Of a DNA stretch of 64,000 nucleotides, positions 20,880 through 32,233 are shown one piece after another. The stretch spans positions 168,001 to 232,000 of the forward strand of contig CAWFNT010000004.1 in assembly GCA_963817255.1 (NCBI GenBank), given 5' to 3'. This stretch comes from an uncultured Actinomycetes bacterium (GTDB lineage Bacteria; Actinomycetota; Coriobacteriia; Anaerosomatales; CAVRZR01). Within the stretch, counting starts at the first letter, position 1; each line of letters opens with the position of its first letter. Both the position numbers and the translations under genes were made by a program. A model generated the notes under the pieces. It worked only from the letters and a program-made list of their open reading frames with translations, was not told the DNA's origin and searched no databases.

Positions 20880-20896
20880 ATACCCCCTAGGGGTAT
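20880..20896. promoter_or_regulatory. candidate CsoR/RcnR-type operator (ATACCCC-CTA-GGGGTAT)
   Basis: 7-bp arms with perfect inverted symmetry, in the divergent csoR-like/CDF intergenic region, about 28 nt upstream of the CDF ATG. Confidence 0.65.
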
Positions 20897-20923
20897 TTGG
20901 GGCAACACGTTCGGAGGATGCAC

Positions 20924-21869
20924 ATGGGCTACTCGCGCCCGGCCAATGCAACCGAGAGCGGCGAGCGGATCCACCAGATCCGCGTCGTCCTGTGGGTCGT
21001 CTTGGCGCTCAACGTGTCCGTGGCGCTGGCGAAGATGGCTTGGGGCCTCATCTCGGGCTCTGTCGCCATGCTCGCCGACGGATTCCACTCCATGTTCGAC
21101 GGAGTATCGAACGTTGTGGGGCTCGTCGGCATGGGTATGGCCGCGCGACCCGCGGACCGAGACCATCCCTACGGGCACTCGAAGTACGAGACCTATGCTT
21201 CGGCGGCTATTGGCGCCATGCTCGTCTTCGCCGCGTACAAGGTCGGAAGCGCGGCCGTCGAACGGTTGCGCGGTGGTGGTGAACCGCCAACAGTGACGGC
21301 GATGTCGTTCGCGGTGATGCTCGGGACGCTTACGCGTCAACATCGCAGTCACTCTGTGGGAGCGAAGGGCGGGCAAACGGCTGAACAGCTCGATCCTGAT
21401 CGCGGACGCGAGCCACACGAGTTCTGATGTGCTCGTGAGCCTGGGCGTCATCGTCGGCCTGGTGCTCGTTCGCCTGGGCTATCCGAAAGCCGACGCCATC
21501 GTCGCTTTGTTCGTTTCGGGGGCGATCGTGTTCACCGCTTGGAAGGTATTCAAGGAAGCGAGCGTTACACTCTCCGATGCCGCCCGAATCCCCGCTGCCG
21601 AGATATGTGCGGTCGTGCTCGGGGTGCCTGGCGTCTTGGGCTGCCACAACATCCGCACGCGCGGTTCCGAGGCCGAGATCTATGTGGACATGCACGTCCA
21701 GGTCGATGCATCGAGGACCGTCGCCGACGGGCACCGTATCGTCGAGCTCACCGAGCGGGCCGTTGCGGAGCAATTCGACGCCGTCGCCGACGTGATCGCC
21801 CACCTCGAGCCGTACGATGAGTATCAGGCCGGCAAGACCAGCGAGGAGCAGAGGTCGGGGCTTGTCTGA
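20924..21869 (+). CDS. cation diffusion facilitator (CDF) metal efflux transporter; frameshifted in this assembly
   Basis: Motifs are SGSVAMLADGFHSMFD, ILIADASHTSSDVLVSLGVIVGL and the C-terminal cytoplasmic domain ..NIRTRGSEAEIYVDMHVQVD. ORFs 20897-21427 and 21429-21869 join with a 1-nt correction near 21323-21335. Confidence 0.85.
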
Positions 21870-22846
21870 GCGCTCCGCTCCGCTCGAGCGATCCAGCGAG
21901 CACCGCACCCGCGGCTACCTCCTCGTCGTTCTCGCGGCAGCGTGCTGGGCCACGGGTGGGCTCGCGGCCAAGTGGATGTTCACGCCCGCGGCAGACGTTC
22001 CGGCGGGGTGGCGGGTGCAGCCACTCGGCATACCGATGGACCCTGCGGTGTTGTCGGGTTGTCGCGCGCTCGCAGCCTTCGTGCTGCTAGGAGCCTACCT
22101 GCTCGTCTCGCGGCGGCAGGAGATCGGGGTCACGTTCCGAGCCCTTCCGTTTCTGGCGATCTTCGGAGTCGTCGGACTGGCCGGCGTGCACTACACCTAC
22201 TTCAAGACGATCTCTCTCACCAACGTCGCGACGGCGATCCTCCTCGAGTACCTCGCGCCCATCATCGTCCTGGCCGTGTCGGTGGTACTGTTCCATAAGC
22301 GTGTGACGTGGGTCCTTCCGGCCGGCGTCGCTCTGTCGGTACTGGGCTGCGGGCTGGTGGTCGGAGCCATCGGTGGCGACGGCCTGACCGTCTCCGCCGC
22401 CGGTATCGCATGGGGGCTCGCGTCGGCGGTCCTGTTCGCGACCTACTCCCTCATGGGCACGTACGCTGCGGGCCGGTTCTCCCCGTGGACGCTGCTCTTC
22501 TGGGGCCTCGGATTCGCGACCCTCTTCTGGCTCGTCCTCCTCGGATCGGACGACGTCGTCGCCGTCTTTGGTGACACAAAGGCGCTTACTTGCTGTCGTG
22601 TACGTTGCGGTCGTGAGCACGATCATCCCGTTCGGAGCGTTCCTGACGGCCCTGCACTACATCGAGCCCACCCAAGCGACGATCACGGCCACTCTCGAGC
22701 CGGTCCTTGCCGCGATCGCGGCCTTCGCGATCTTCGGCGAGAAGCTGTCTGTCGGCCAGATCCTCGGCGGGCTACTCGTTATCGCTGCCATCGTTCTCGT
22801 GCAGTCCCGTGGCGCCGAGGCGCCGTCGCTTCCCCCGCAGGACTAG
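21817..22846 (+). CDS. EamA/DMT-family transporter; frameshifted in this assembly
   Basis: About ten hydrophobic helices. ORFs 21817-22929 and 22568-22846 join near 22575-22590 (..VAVFGDT..LLAVVYVAVVSTIIPFGAFLTALHYIEP..). The start is uncertain (ATG 21817 or TTG 21862). Confidence 0.75.
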
Positions 22847-22976
22847 CGGTCGAGTCCCACGCGGGAACGCGCGTGGGCCGGTCCGCTGCCTGCATGAAAC
22901 CTCCACATCGGCGGTATACTATTTGCTAAGAGGCGCCCCTGTTCGGGGCGTGAGGATGCCCTCCCGAGGAGGGGAA

Positions 22977-24374
22977 ATGGAGCTCAGCCAGCGCCCTGAA
23001 ATGAGGCAGCGTGTCACGTTGTCTCCGCAGGTCTATCAGGGCCTCAACATCCTCGCGATGCCGATCGCAGATCTCCAGCAGATGGTCGAAGCTGAGATGC
23101 TCGAGAACCCTGTGCTCGAGCTGGACGAGACAGAGTCCGAGCCCGAAGAGCGTGACGAAGAAGCCCCCGAGACGCCCGAGGAAGAAGAGCGCTCGTGGGA
23201 CGAATGGCTCGACCACTACGACGACCTGGATTCGATGGAGCCTACCGCTCCAAGGGACCCGAATGCCGAGAGCACGAACACCGAGGAGTTCGTCGGCGGC
23301 GTACAGTCTTTCGACGACTACCTGCTCGATCAGCTCGCGATGCTCGATATCAGTGACGACGTGCGGCGCGCGGCCCAGGCCGTCGTAGGCTCTCTTGACG
23401 ACGACGGCTTCTTCCTCGCTTCGCTCAGGGAGGTCGCTGCGCTCGCTGGCGTGTCCGAAGAGGCGGCTCGCGAAGGTCTACGGGTGGTGCAACAGCTCGA
23501 CCCGCCCGGCGTCGGCGCGCGCAACCTTGCGGAGGCGCTGACGATCCAGATGGAGTACCTCAGTCTCGAGGAGCCGGTGCTCGAACGCATCGTGCAGGAG
23601 CACCTCGATGACATCGCAGCGAACCACTACCGCAAGGTGGCCAGAGCGCTCAAGATCGATGAGACCGAAGTCCGCCGTGTCGTGGAGATCCTGAGATCGC
23701 TGAACCCTCGGCCGGCCGGCGCCTTCTCGCCGGGCCCATCGCCCGGCTACATCATCCCGGACGTCACGCTTCGGCGGTTCGGAGAAGACTGGCTGATCAT
23801 CGCGAACAACGAGGCAATCCCGACGCTCAAGGTGAGCCCTCGTTATCGGGCGATGCTTCGAACCGGCTCCGACGCAGACGACGAGACCCGTCGCTACCTC
23901 AAGGACAAGATCCGCTCGGCTGAGTCATTCATCCGGAACGTCGATCGCCGCAAGGACACCGTGACCCGCATCACGCAGATCATCCTCGAGGTGCAGCGCG
24001 AGTTCTTCGAGGACGGCAAGGGGCTCTTGCGCCCGTTGCGTCTGGAGGACGTCGCGGTGGAGATCGGAGTGCATCTCTCGACCATCAGCCGCGGGGTCAC
24101 GGGCAAGTACATGGCCACGCCGTACGGTCTGTTCGAGCTCAAGCACTTCTTCTCGGGCGGCTATCGCACCACGACCGGTATGGATGTCGCGGCGACGAGC
24201 ATCAAGCAAAGGCTCCGCGAGCTCGTGAAGGAAGAGGATCCGATCAAACCGCTGTCTGATCAGCGTCTGGCGGAGTTGCTCTCGGAGGAGGGCGTGACGG
24301 TCGCGCGGAGAACGGTGGCGAAGTACCGAGAGGAACTCAGGATCGATCCCTCCTGGGCCAGGCGCCGCCGATGA
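22977..24374 (+). CDS. rpoN: RNA polymerase sigma-54 factor
   Basis: ATG at 22977 follows GAGGAGGGG. The N-terminal region is MELSQRPEMRQRVTLSPQVYQGLNILAMP, followed by an acidic region II and the C-terminal RpoN box ARRTVAKYR. Confidence 0.95.
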   Translation: MELSQRPEMRQRVTLSPQVYQGLNILAMPIADLQQMVEAEMLENPVLELDETESEPEERDEEAPETPEEEERSWDEWLDHYDDLDSMEPTAPRDPNAESTNTEEFVGGVQSFDDYLLDQLAMLDISDDVRRAAQAVVGSLDDDGFFLASLREVAALAGVSEEAAREGLRVVQQLDPPGVGARNLAEALTIQMEYLSLEEPVLERIVQEHLDDIAANHYRKVARALKIDETEVRRVVEILRSLNPRPAGAFSPGPSPGYIIPDVTLRRFGEDWLIIANNEAIPTLKVSPRYRAMLRTGSDADDETRRYLKDKIRSAESFIRNVDRRKDTVTRITQIILEVQREFFEDGKGLLRPLRLEDVAVEIGVHLSTISRGVTGKYMATPYGLFELKHFFSGGYRTTTGMDVAATSIKQRLRELVKEEDPIKPLSDQRLAELLSEEGVTVARRTVAKYREELRIDPSWARRRR

Positions 24375-25945
24375 CGCCACCGGAGGAATCGCAGCCCCGG
24401 CAGGCGAACGACAACACCGACGAACGTCGCGCCTATCGGGTTCGAGCAACGATGATCATCTCGGCGATGATCATCGCGATAACGCTCATTCCCATCTCTA
24501 CCGACGGGCCGAACTTCGGCCACTTCCTGCACGATCGGGACCTCGCGGTTGCGCTTCAGATGGCGTTGCAGCAGCTCTACCGTCGTGCCTTCTACATCCC
24601 TATCGTGTATGCGGCCTTCGTGTTCGGACGCCGAGGCGGCATCGTCACCGGAGCTGCCTGCTCGATCATCTTCCTGGTCTACGGCATCGTTCGGAACCCC
24701 ACCATGATTCCGGGCAGCCCCAACGAACTCCTCACCGGGATTGGGGCCTTTCTCGAGATAGGCATGTATCTGGCGATCGGCGCTGTCTTCGGGGCGCTCA
24801 GAGACAAGGAAGCGAACCGAACGGCAGACCTGAGCCAGGTCAGCCAGCAGCTCGAGGAGGCCTACAAGAAGCTGGAGGAGCGTGCGATCCAGCTCATCAA
24901 CATTCAGGACTACACCCAGTCGATCCTCCGCTCGATCACCTCCGGAGTGCTCACCGTCGGACCCGACGGGTCGGTCACCACAGCGAATCCCGCCGCAGAG
25001 CGGATGCTCGGCATGTCGGAGTTTGAGATGGTGCCCAAGCCCATCGGCGCGCTCTTCCGCGATGACGGAGGCATCAGTGCCGATGTGTCCAGGGTGCTTG
25101 CCGGCCGAGCGCCGCTCGCGCTGCGCGAGGTGACGCTCGTGACCGCAGGCGGGCGAACCGTTCACGCGCAGGCATCAACGTCGCGCATGCGCGCCGTTGG
25201 CGGACAGATACTCGGCGCGGTCGTGACGGTCGAGGACGTTTCGGACGTGAGGGCACTCACCGATCAACTGATACGTGCCGACAGGCTGGCAGCGATGGGC
25301 GAGCTTACCGCGGGTGTGGCACACGAGGTACGAAACCCCTTGGGCGTGATTCGAGCGTCCGTGCAGCTGCTTGAAGATGCGAAATGCGACGAAGCTCGTA
25401 TCCATGAGGCTGCCGGCATCATCAAGCAGGAGATCGATCGCCTCGACAGGGTCATCAAGGCGTTGCTGGATTTCGGCAGACCCAGCACGCCGACACTCGT
25501 TGCGACCGACGTCGAGTCCGTGCTGGACGACGTTCTCCTGTTCACCACGCGCTTTGCGACCCAGGCGAACGTCGAGATCGAGCGAGTCGTGCAAAGCGAC
25601 CTCCCTCGCGTGGTTGCCGATCCCGACCAGCTCAAACAGGTATTCCTGAATCTCGTCACGAACGCGGTTCAGGCGATGGAGGACACGGGCGGGCACATAA
25701 CGGTGTCCACGAGGAGTGAGGGCGAGTTCGTACAGGTCGACGTCGCGGACGACGGCCCGGGCATCGCGGCATCTGATCTGACCAAGGTCTTCGACCCCTT
25801 CTACTCTCGCCGTTCGGAGGGAACGGGTCTTGGCCTTACCATCGTCCACAGGATCGTGGACGAGCACGGAGGACACATCGAAGTGGAGAGCGGGCATATG
25901 GGTACTCTGTTCAGGGTGTCCCTTCCCGCGTTGATCGAGCAATGA
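24371..25945 (+). CDS. membrane-associated PAS sensor histidine kinase (NtrB/AtoS-like)
   Basis: The start overlaps the rpoN stop (ATGA). There is an N-terminal hydrophobic region, a PAS-like segment, the H-box HEVRNPLGVI, and N/G boxes (NLVTNAVQAM, DDGPGI, GTGLGL). Confidence 0.9.
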   Translation: MTPPEESQPRQANDNTDERRAYRVRATMIISAMIIAITLIPISTDGPNFGHFLHDRDLAVALQMALQQLYRRAFYIPIVYAAFVFGRRGGIVTGAACSIIFLVYGIVRNPTMIPGSPNELLTGIGAFLEIGMYLAIGAVFGALRDKEANRTADLSQVSQQLEEAYKKLEERAIQLINIQDYTQSILRSITSGVLTVGPDGSVTTANPAAERMLGMSEFEMVPKPIGALFRDDGGISADVSRVLAGRAPLALREVTLVTAGGRTVHAQASTSRMRAVGGQILGAVVTVEDVSDVRALTDQLIRADRLAAMGELTAGVAHEVRNPLGVIRASVQLLEDAKCDEARIHEAAGIIKQEIDRLDRVIKALLDFGRPSTPTLVATDVESVLDDVLLFTTRFATQANVEIERVVQSDLPRVVADPDQLKQVFLNLVTNAVQAMEDTGGHITVSTRSEGEFVQVDVADDGPGIAASDLTKVFDPFYSRRSEGTGLGLTIVHRIVDEHGGHIEVESGHMGTLFRVSLPALIEQ

Positions 25946-25961
25946 TCGAGAGGATCATGGG

Positions 25962-27311
<1,350 letters not shown>

Positions 27312-27346
27312 TCGTCCGCCGAACGTCTCGAAAACACCCGGCGCTC

Positions 27347-27362
27347 TGGCACATCGCTTGCA
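27347..27362 (+). promoter_or_regulatory. sigma-54 (-24/-12) promoter, TGGCAC-atcgc-TTGCA
   Basis: Exact match to the TGGCAC-N5-TTGCW consensus, 36 nt after the activator gene stop and 38 nt upstream of the GTG at 27400. Confidence 0.75.
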
Positions 27363-27399
27363 CGTTCGGGCAAAAGGCCTACGCGCACGGGAGCCCCAT

Positions 27400-27762
27400 G
27401 TGACCCGCAAGACTTTCATGAGACTAGCCTCGGCCGTCTTGGGCGGACTCGCCGTCGGCCTGGCGTTCCTCGCGGCCCTGCTGGTGCTCGATTCGGGCGG
27501 GAGTCTCGCCGGTTCCACGGCTGTCACCTCAACTGGCTTCCTCGTTCCCCTCTTGACGGGGGTAGTGGTGGCCGGCGTTGCATGGCTTCTTCTTGCCGAG
27601 GACGAGCCTGACCGCTCCGTTTCGTCGGACCGCGTCGCCCGTTGCGCGGGGTGTGGCCGTCTTGTGCCGACACAGAGAAGGCTCTGTCCGTTCTGCGGCG
27701 CGCAGGAAGGCGCGGAGACGAAAACGGTGTTCGCGTCGCCTTCCAAGGAGTCCGCTCTCTGA
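27400..27762 (+). CDS. small membrane protein with C-terminal zinc ribbon
   Basis: GTG at 27400 follows GGGAG. There are two or three TM helices (LASAVLGGLAVGLAFLAALLVL, FLVPLLTGVVVAGVAWLLLA), then CAGCGRLVPTQRRLCPFCG (CxxC-N10-CxxC). Confidence 0.6.
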   Translation: MTRKTFMRLASAVLGGLAVGLAFLAALLVLDSGGSLAGSTAVTSTGFLVPLLTGVVVAGVAWLLLAEDEPDRSVSSDRVARCAGCGRLVPTQRRLCPFCGAQEGAETKTVFASPSKESAL

Positions 27763-27879
27763 AGCTGACCCCGAGTACAACGCGGACTGAGGATAGGGTT
27801 CATCTGGTCGTTCGAGTGCGCTGAGGGTAGGCTGGCACGTGGCGTATCGGACGAGTGAGAATCAAGGCAGGGATGCATC

Positions 27880-28104
27880 ATGGCTGAGAATCCGGCGGGC
27901 GTCCGCCTCAAGACGGGCGGCATGCACTGCAGTTCGTGCTCAATGCTTGTGGACATGACGTTAAGCGATCTTCCGGGCGTCATTGAGTCGCGCACCGATC
28001 TCGCGAGCGGGATCACGCAGGTGGACTACGACCCCGATGCGGCATCGGTCGAGGACTTCATCGCGGCCATCCGGTCGGTCGGATACGAGGCAGAGCTGGC
28101 CTAG
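27880..28104 (+). CDS. copZ: heavy-metal-associated (HMA) domain metallochaperone, CopZ-like
   Basis: 74 aa with the GMHCSSC metal-binding motif and a ferredoxin-like fold pattern. Confidence 0.85.
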   Translation: MAENPAGVRLKTGGMHCSSCSMLVDMTLSDLPGVIESRTDLASGITQVDYDPDAASVEDFIAAIRSVGYEAELA

Positions 28105-28179
28105 ACCCACGGATTCGTTCGGCCCAGGGCCGAGCGCTACCGCCGGCTTCACCGCTACAGGCCGTTTTCGGAGGGGACA

Positions 28180-28911
28180 TTGGAAGGTTCGGTCGGGTTT
28201 CTCGCCGCGTTCGCCGCCGGCGTTGTGTCCTTCCTTTCGCCCTGCGTCCTCCCGGTCATACCCGGCTACCTGTCGTTCATGACCGGTCTTACGACGAGCC
28301 AGCTCGCCGACCTCGACGACCGTCCGCCGCTCTCGGTCGTGCTCATTCCGAGCCTGCTGTTCGTGTCCGGCTTTTCGCTCGTGTTCGTGGCGCTCGGCAT
28401 CTCGGCGTCCTACCTCGGCGGTCTGCTGATCGAGTACCGCGACATCGTGATGCGAGTCGCGGGTCTCCTGGTCTTCGCCTTTGGCCTGCTCCTGACTGGC
28501 GTGATCAAGGTCCCCTGGCTTTACGGGGAGGCCCGTGTCGGACTCGAACGCTCGCGCTCCTTCGGTCGCGGGGCGGCACTGGTCATGGGGATGGCGTTCG
28601 CCGCCGGGTGGACGCCGTGCGTTGGCCCCATTCTCGCCACGATCCTTGCGCTCGCGGCGAGCAGCGGAAATGCCGCGCGCGGCGCCGCACTCCTGTTCGC
28701 GTACTCGATGGGACTGGCCCTCCCGTTCGTACTGACAGCGGTCCTCTTCGGCCGCATGAGAGGGTTCCTGCGCTGGCTCAGCCGGCATTCTGTCGTGATC
28801 AATCGAGTCGCGGGCGCCACGCTCATGATCCTCGGCGTTCTGATCTTCGCCGGACAGCTCGGCCGACTGGCGGGCTGGCTCACTCGCGTTCTGCCCTCGG
28901 TCCGGGTCTAG
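28180..28911 (+). CDS. ccdA: cytochrome c biogenesis / thiol-disulfide transfer protein CcdA (DsbD family)
   Basis: FLSPCVLPVIPGYLSF and ..GWTPCVGPILATIL motifs, with six TM helices. TTG start follows GGAGGGG. Confidence 0.9.
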   Translation: MEGSVGFLAAFAAGVVSFLSPCVLPVIPGYLSFMTGLTTSQLADLDDRPPLSVVLIPSLLFVSGFSLVFVALGISASYLGGLLIEYRDIVMRVAGLLVFAFGLLLTGVIKVPWLYGEARVGLERSRSFGRGAALVMGMAFAAGWTPCVGPILATILALAASSGNAARGAALLFAYSMGLALPFVLTAVLFGRMRGFLRWLSRHSVVINRVAGATLMILGVLIFAGQLGRLAGWLTRVLPSVRV

Positions 28912-28993
28912 TATCCCCCCGCCGAGGCGCCGCCCCCGCGCCAGTGTTGCCTCGTCTTCGCCAGTGCCATCGGCGCCACTTCTTTGACGTACC

Positions 28994-31900
28994 ATGGAGA
29001 AGCGTTGGAGGAGGGAGGCCGCGATGCCGAAAGCGAGACGCACGTCCGGAAGCCTCGCCTCCGGCATAGTCAGGATCACCTTCATCGTTGGCAGCATCAC
29101 GGTCGCTGCCGCGCTCATGGTCACGATCGCCGAGTCCTACCGCCTCTCAGCGAGGCAGTCGCAGGAACGAATCGGCGCCTACCTTCAGGTAATGCGCTCC
29201 GAGGTGGCGGCACGGCTGTCCGCAGCGGTGACGCTCAATGATCACGCTGCGACGACCATTCAGGACACGTCCCCTGAACGTGTCACGACCCGCCTGTTGG
29301 CCTCGCAGTACATTGGTGCTGCCGACATGCTAGCGGGCCTCGTGCTTCTCAACGCCGATGGCACCGTCGCGGCCGCCTACCCTGCGCTTCGGAGCCCCTT
29401 TCCGACGGCGGCGGTGGAATTCGCGCGACGGGTCGGTGTGACACAGAGCGAGGTCGGCCACTCCGACAGACCGAACCGTTTGACGTCGGTATGGGTCGCT
29501 CGGCGACTTCGTCGATCCGGCGACACGAGCCAGACGCTCGTTTCGATCGTACGTACCGAGTTCCTCAGTTCCACCGTAAACCGTGTCGCCTCCCGCGCCG
29601 ATCGCCGGTCTGCGGTCGTGATCGATGCAGGCCGCCCCGTCGCCACGGGCGTGCGCGGCCCCATGCTCAGGCTCCCGACTGCCGTGTACGGCGAGCTGTC
29701 CGAAGACGACGTAGGGGCGGTACGCCTGCTCGCGCCCTCAGTCGGCCTCATGCGGGGGCTGTGGTCCCCGGTGGAAGTGCCGTTCGTCGGCGACTGGCGC
29801 CTATTGGTGGTCGAGCCTTCGCAAGCGACGATCCTCTCGTCGCTCCAGGCATCGATACCTACTTTCGTGGTACTGCTGGTCGGCGGAACCATCGCACTGG
29901 GCATCGCTTGGGTCGTCGCGAGGCGTCTCGTGTACCCGCTACGCGAGATCGAGGCAGCGAGCTACGAGGCCGCAAAAGGCGCGCATGTCTCGCCGCTCAG
30001 GCCGGGTCGAGACGACGAGGTGGGGAGGCTAGCCGAGGCCTTCAACGCGGTCGGCCTTCGCCTGAACGCGCTCCAGTACGTCTCGCGACTCCTGGCGGGC
30101 GCCTCGCGGGTCGATCAGGTCCTCGACGCGGTCATCGAGGCGATCGGACATCTTCTGGGGTCGGGTATGGTCGCGATCTACGTGACTGACGACACGGAGC
30201 AATCACTGCAGCTCGCCCGTTCGTCCGGAGGCTTCACACCTCCTCCGGGCCCGGTATTGCGGGCGCACTCAGGACCGTTCGCGCGCGCTCTCGCAACCGA
30301 GTCCGTCCAGACCCCCGCGCCGAACGATCTCCCGATGCATGGTTGGGACATAGACGAAACGCCCTGCCGAGTGCTTGTCGTCCCGCTTATCGCGGCCACC
30401 GAGCAGCTTGGTGTGATCGTCATACTGCAGCATGGGCGTTCGGAGTACTCCGACGCCGAGGTCGAGATGGTCGGTACGTTCGCATCCCAGGCATCCATCG
30501 GAATCACGAAGTCGCGCCTCTTCGAGCGCGAGATAGAGACGCGGCGCGTTGCGGAGCTGCTTCGCGATGTAGCCGAGGAACTCGTCGGTCCGGTGGCCTT
30601 CGGTGATGCACTGGACTCCGTCGGCGTTGTCGTTTCAGGCGCCTTAGCCGGGCGAACGGCGCTCTTCGCCTTCGAGGACCGCGACGCATTGGGGCTGCCC
30701 CCGGCCGAAGACCCGGAGTTGGAGCGGACGATCATCGAACTCGCGGACGCCGCGCTCGAGAGCGGCGGTAGCAGCCGGATCGTGGCACCTGGAACGTCCG
30801 AACAGGCCGACGGCCTTCTCGCTCGATTCGGGGCAGCGCAAGTCATACTCGCGCGCATCGAGCCAGACGAGCCGTATCGAGGTGCGTTCGCTGCGTTCTC
30901 GGCGGAGCCGTCCTTTGGATCGCGCGACGTCGAGGTCGTCGAGGGCATGACCAAGATCGTCACCCTGGCCATCGACAACGCGTACTTCTTCGAGCGTTCG
31001 AGAGTCCGGGCGCGCAACCTCGAGACCATCTTCCGGATCTCCCAAGCCGTCGGGTCATCGCTCGAACTCAACGTGGTCCTGAACCGCGTGCTCGACGTCG
31101 TCCAGATGATCTTCGCGGCGGATGCCGTATCGCTCATGATCTACGACAAGTCGAAACGCGTCGTCACGACCGCCATGGCACGTGGCGCAGTCTCGAACGA
31201 TATCCTCCACCTCGAGGTTGCGCCGGGAGCCGATCTTCCCGGCCGCGTGTTCTCCACGCGAGAGCCGATGATGTTGCGGGATCTCCGCCAGAACGACACC
31301 CCACTGGCGGGATCGGCACATGACCTCGGGCTCAACTCTCTGTTGTCCGTGCCCTTGCTGGCCCGCGGCAGCGCCGTCGGCGTCCTGACCGTCTTCTCGG
31401 AGGTCGCATCCGCGTTCGACGACGAGGACATGGGGCTGCTACAGACCTTCGCCTCTCAGGCCGCCTTGGCCATCGACACGGCGCGCCTGTACAGCAGGGA
31501 GCACGACGTAGCGGAGATCCTTCAGCGGAGCATCCTTCCAGACGAGGTCCCGGAGTTCGACGAGGTCGATGTGGCCACCGCATACCGACCCGCCGGCGAG
31601 GAGGCCGAGATCGGCGGGGACTACTACGACCTCTTCAGGGCGCCCGCAGGCGACATCGTGATCGCGGTCGCTGACGTGTGCGGCAAGGGGGTTGAGGCGG
31701 CGACCAAGACGTCCATGCTGAAGTACTCCGTACGAGCGCTCGTCATTGCAGGTTTCGGTCCGGCCGAGTGCCTGGATGAGGTGAATCGCATGGTTGCGAC
31801 CAAGGGCGACCCGAGCGATATCCTGTCCCTCTGGCTCGGCTTCCTCGACGCCAAGGCGGGCACGTTGCGCTGGGCGAACGGGGGTCACCCGCCGAGCCTC

Positions 31901-32233
31901 ATCTTGCACTCCGGCTCGCGCGAGATCGTCAGGCTCGAACCCACGGGCCCGATCCTCGGTGCGACGACGCAGGTCCGATTCGAGGAAGAGGCAGTCGACG
32001 TGGGTGCCGGCGACACGATCCTGCTCTACACCGACGGAGTCACGGAGACGCGAACGGGGAATAGGTTCTTCGGAGAGGGACGAGTGAGGCGCTCGCTCAG
32101 ATACGGCGGGAGCGCCGAGAACGTTGTGGCGCACCTGTTGGACGCCCTCAAGCGCTTCTATCCGGGCGAGTTGCGCGACGACGTGGCGATCGTTGCCGTG
32201 CGCGTGAAGGACGGCGAGCGTCGTGCAGAGTGA
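28994..32233 (+). CDS. membrane sensor with HAMP, multiple GAF domains and a C-terminal PP2C (SpoIIE/RsbU-type) phosphatase
   Basis: Two TM segments flank an about 230-aa extracytoplasmic region. The HAMP is ..DDEVGRLAEAFNAV... There are three GAF-like blocks. PP2C motifs are GGDYYDL, VADVCGKGVEAA and LLYTDGVTE. Confidence 0.9.
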   Translation: MEKRWRREAAMPKARRTSGSLASGIVRITFIVGSITVAAALMVTIAESYRLSARQSQERIGAYLQVMRSEVAARLSAAVTLNDHAATTIQDTSPERVTTRLLASQYIGAADMLAGLVLLNADGTVAAAYPALRSPFPTAAVEFARRVGVTQSEVGHSDRPNRLTSVWVARRLRRSGDTSQTLVSIVRTEFLSSTVNRVASRADRRSAVVIDAGRPVATGVRGPMLRLPTAVYGELSEDDVGAVRLLAPSVGLMRGLWSPVEVPFVGDWRLLVVEPSQATILSSLQASIPTFVVLLVGGTIALGIAWVVARRLVYPLREIEAASYEAAKGAHVSPLRPGRDDEVGRLAEAFNAVGLRLNALQYVSRLLAGASRVDQVLDAVIEAIGHLLGSGMVAIYVTDDTEQSLQLARSSGGFTPPPGPVLRAHSGPFARALATESVQTPAPNDLPMHGWDIDETPCRVLVVPLIAATEQLGVIVILQHGRSEYSDAEVEMVGTFASQASIGITKSRLFEREIETRRVAELLRDVAEELVGPVAFGDALDSVGVVVSGALAGRTALFAFEDRDALGLPPAEDPELERTIIELADAALESGGSSRIVAPGTSEQADGLLARFGAAQVILARIEPDEPYRGAFAAFSAEPSFGSRDVEVVEGMTKIVTLAIDNAYFFERSRVRARNLETIFRISQAVGSSLELNVVLNRVLDVVQMIFAADAVSLMIYDKSKRVVTTAMARGAVSNDILHLEVAPGADLPGRVFSTREPMMLRDLRQNDTPLAGSAHDLGLNSLLSVPLLARGSAVGVLTVFSEVASAFDDEDMGLLQTFASQAALAIDTARLYSREHDVAEILQRSILPDEVPEFDEVDVATAYRPAGEEAEIGGDYYDLFRAPAGDIVIAVADVCGKGVEAATKTSMLKYSVRALVIAGFGPAECLDEVNRMVATKGDPSDILSLWLGFLDAKAGTLRWANGGHPPSLILHSGSREIVRLEPTGPILGATTQVRFEEEAVDVGAGDTILLYTDGVTETRTGNRFFGEGRVRRSLRYGGSAENVVAHLLDALKRFYPGELRDDVAIVAVRVKDGERRAE

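Noticed and set aside
27833-27847. Additional TGGCAC hexamers (27833 upstream of copZ; also about 5624, 11053, 13068, 17272, 25316 and 41383) as possible sigma-54 promoters.
   Set aside because: None has a GC dinucleotide, let alone TTGC, at the required 12-nt register, and most are inside coding regions.
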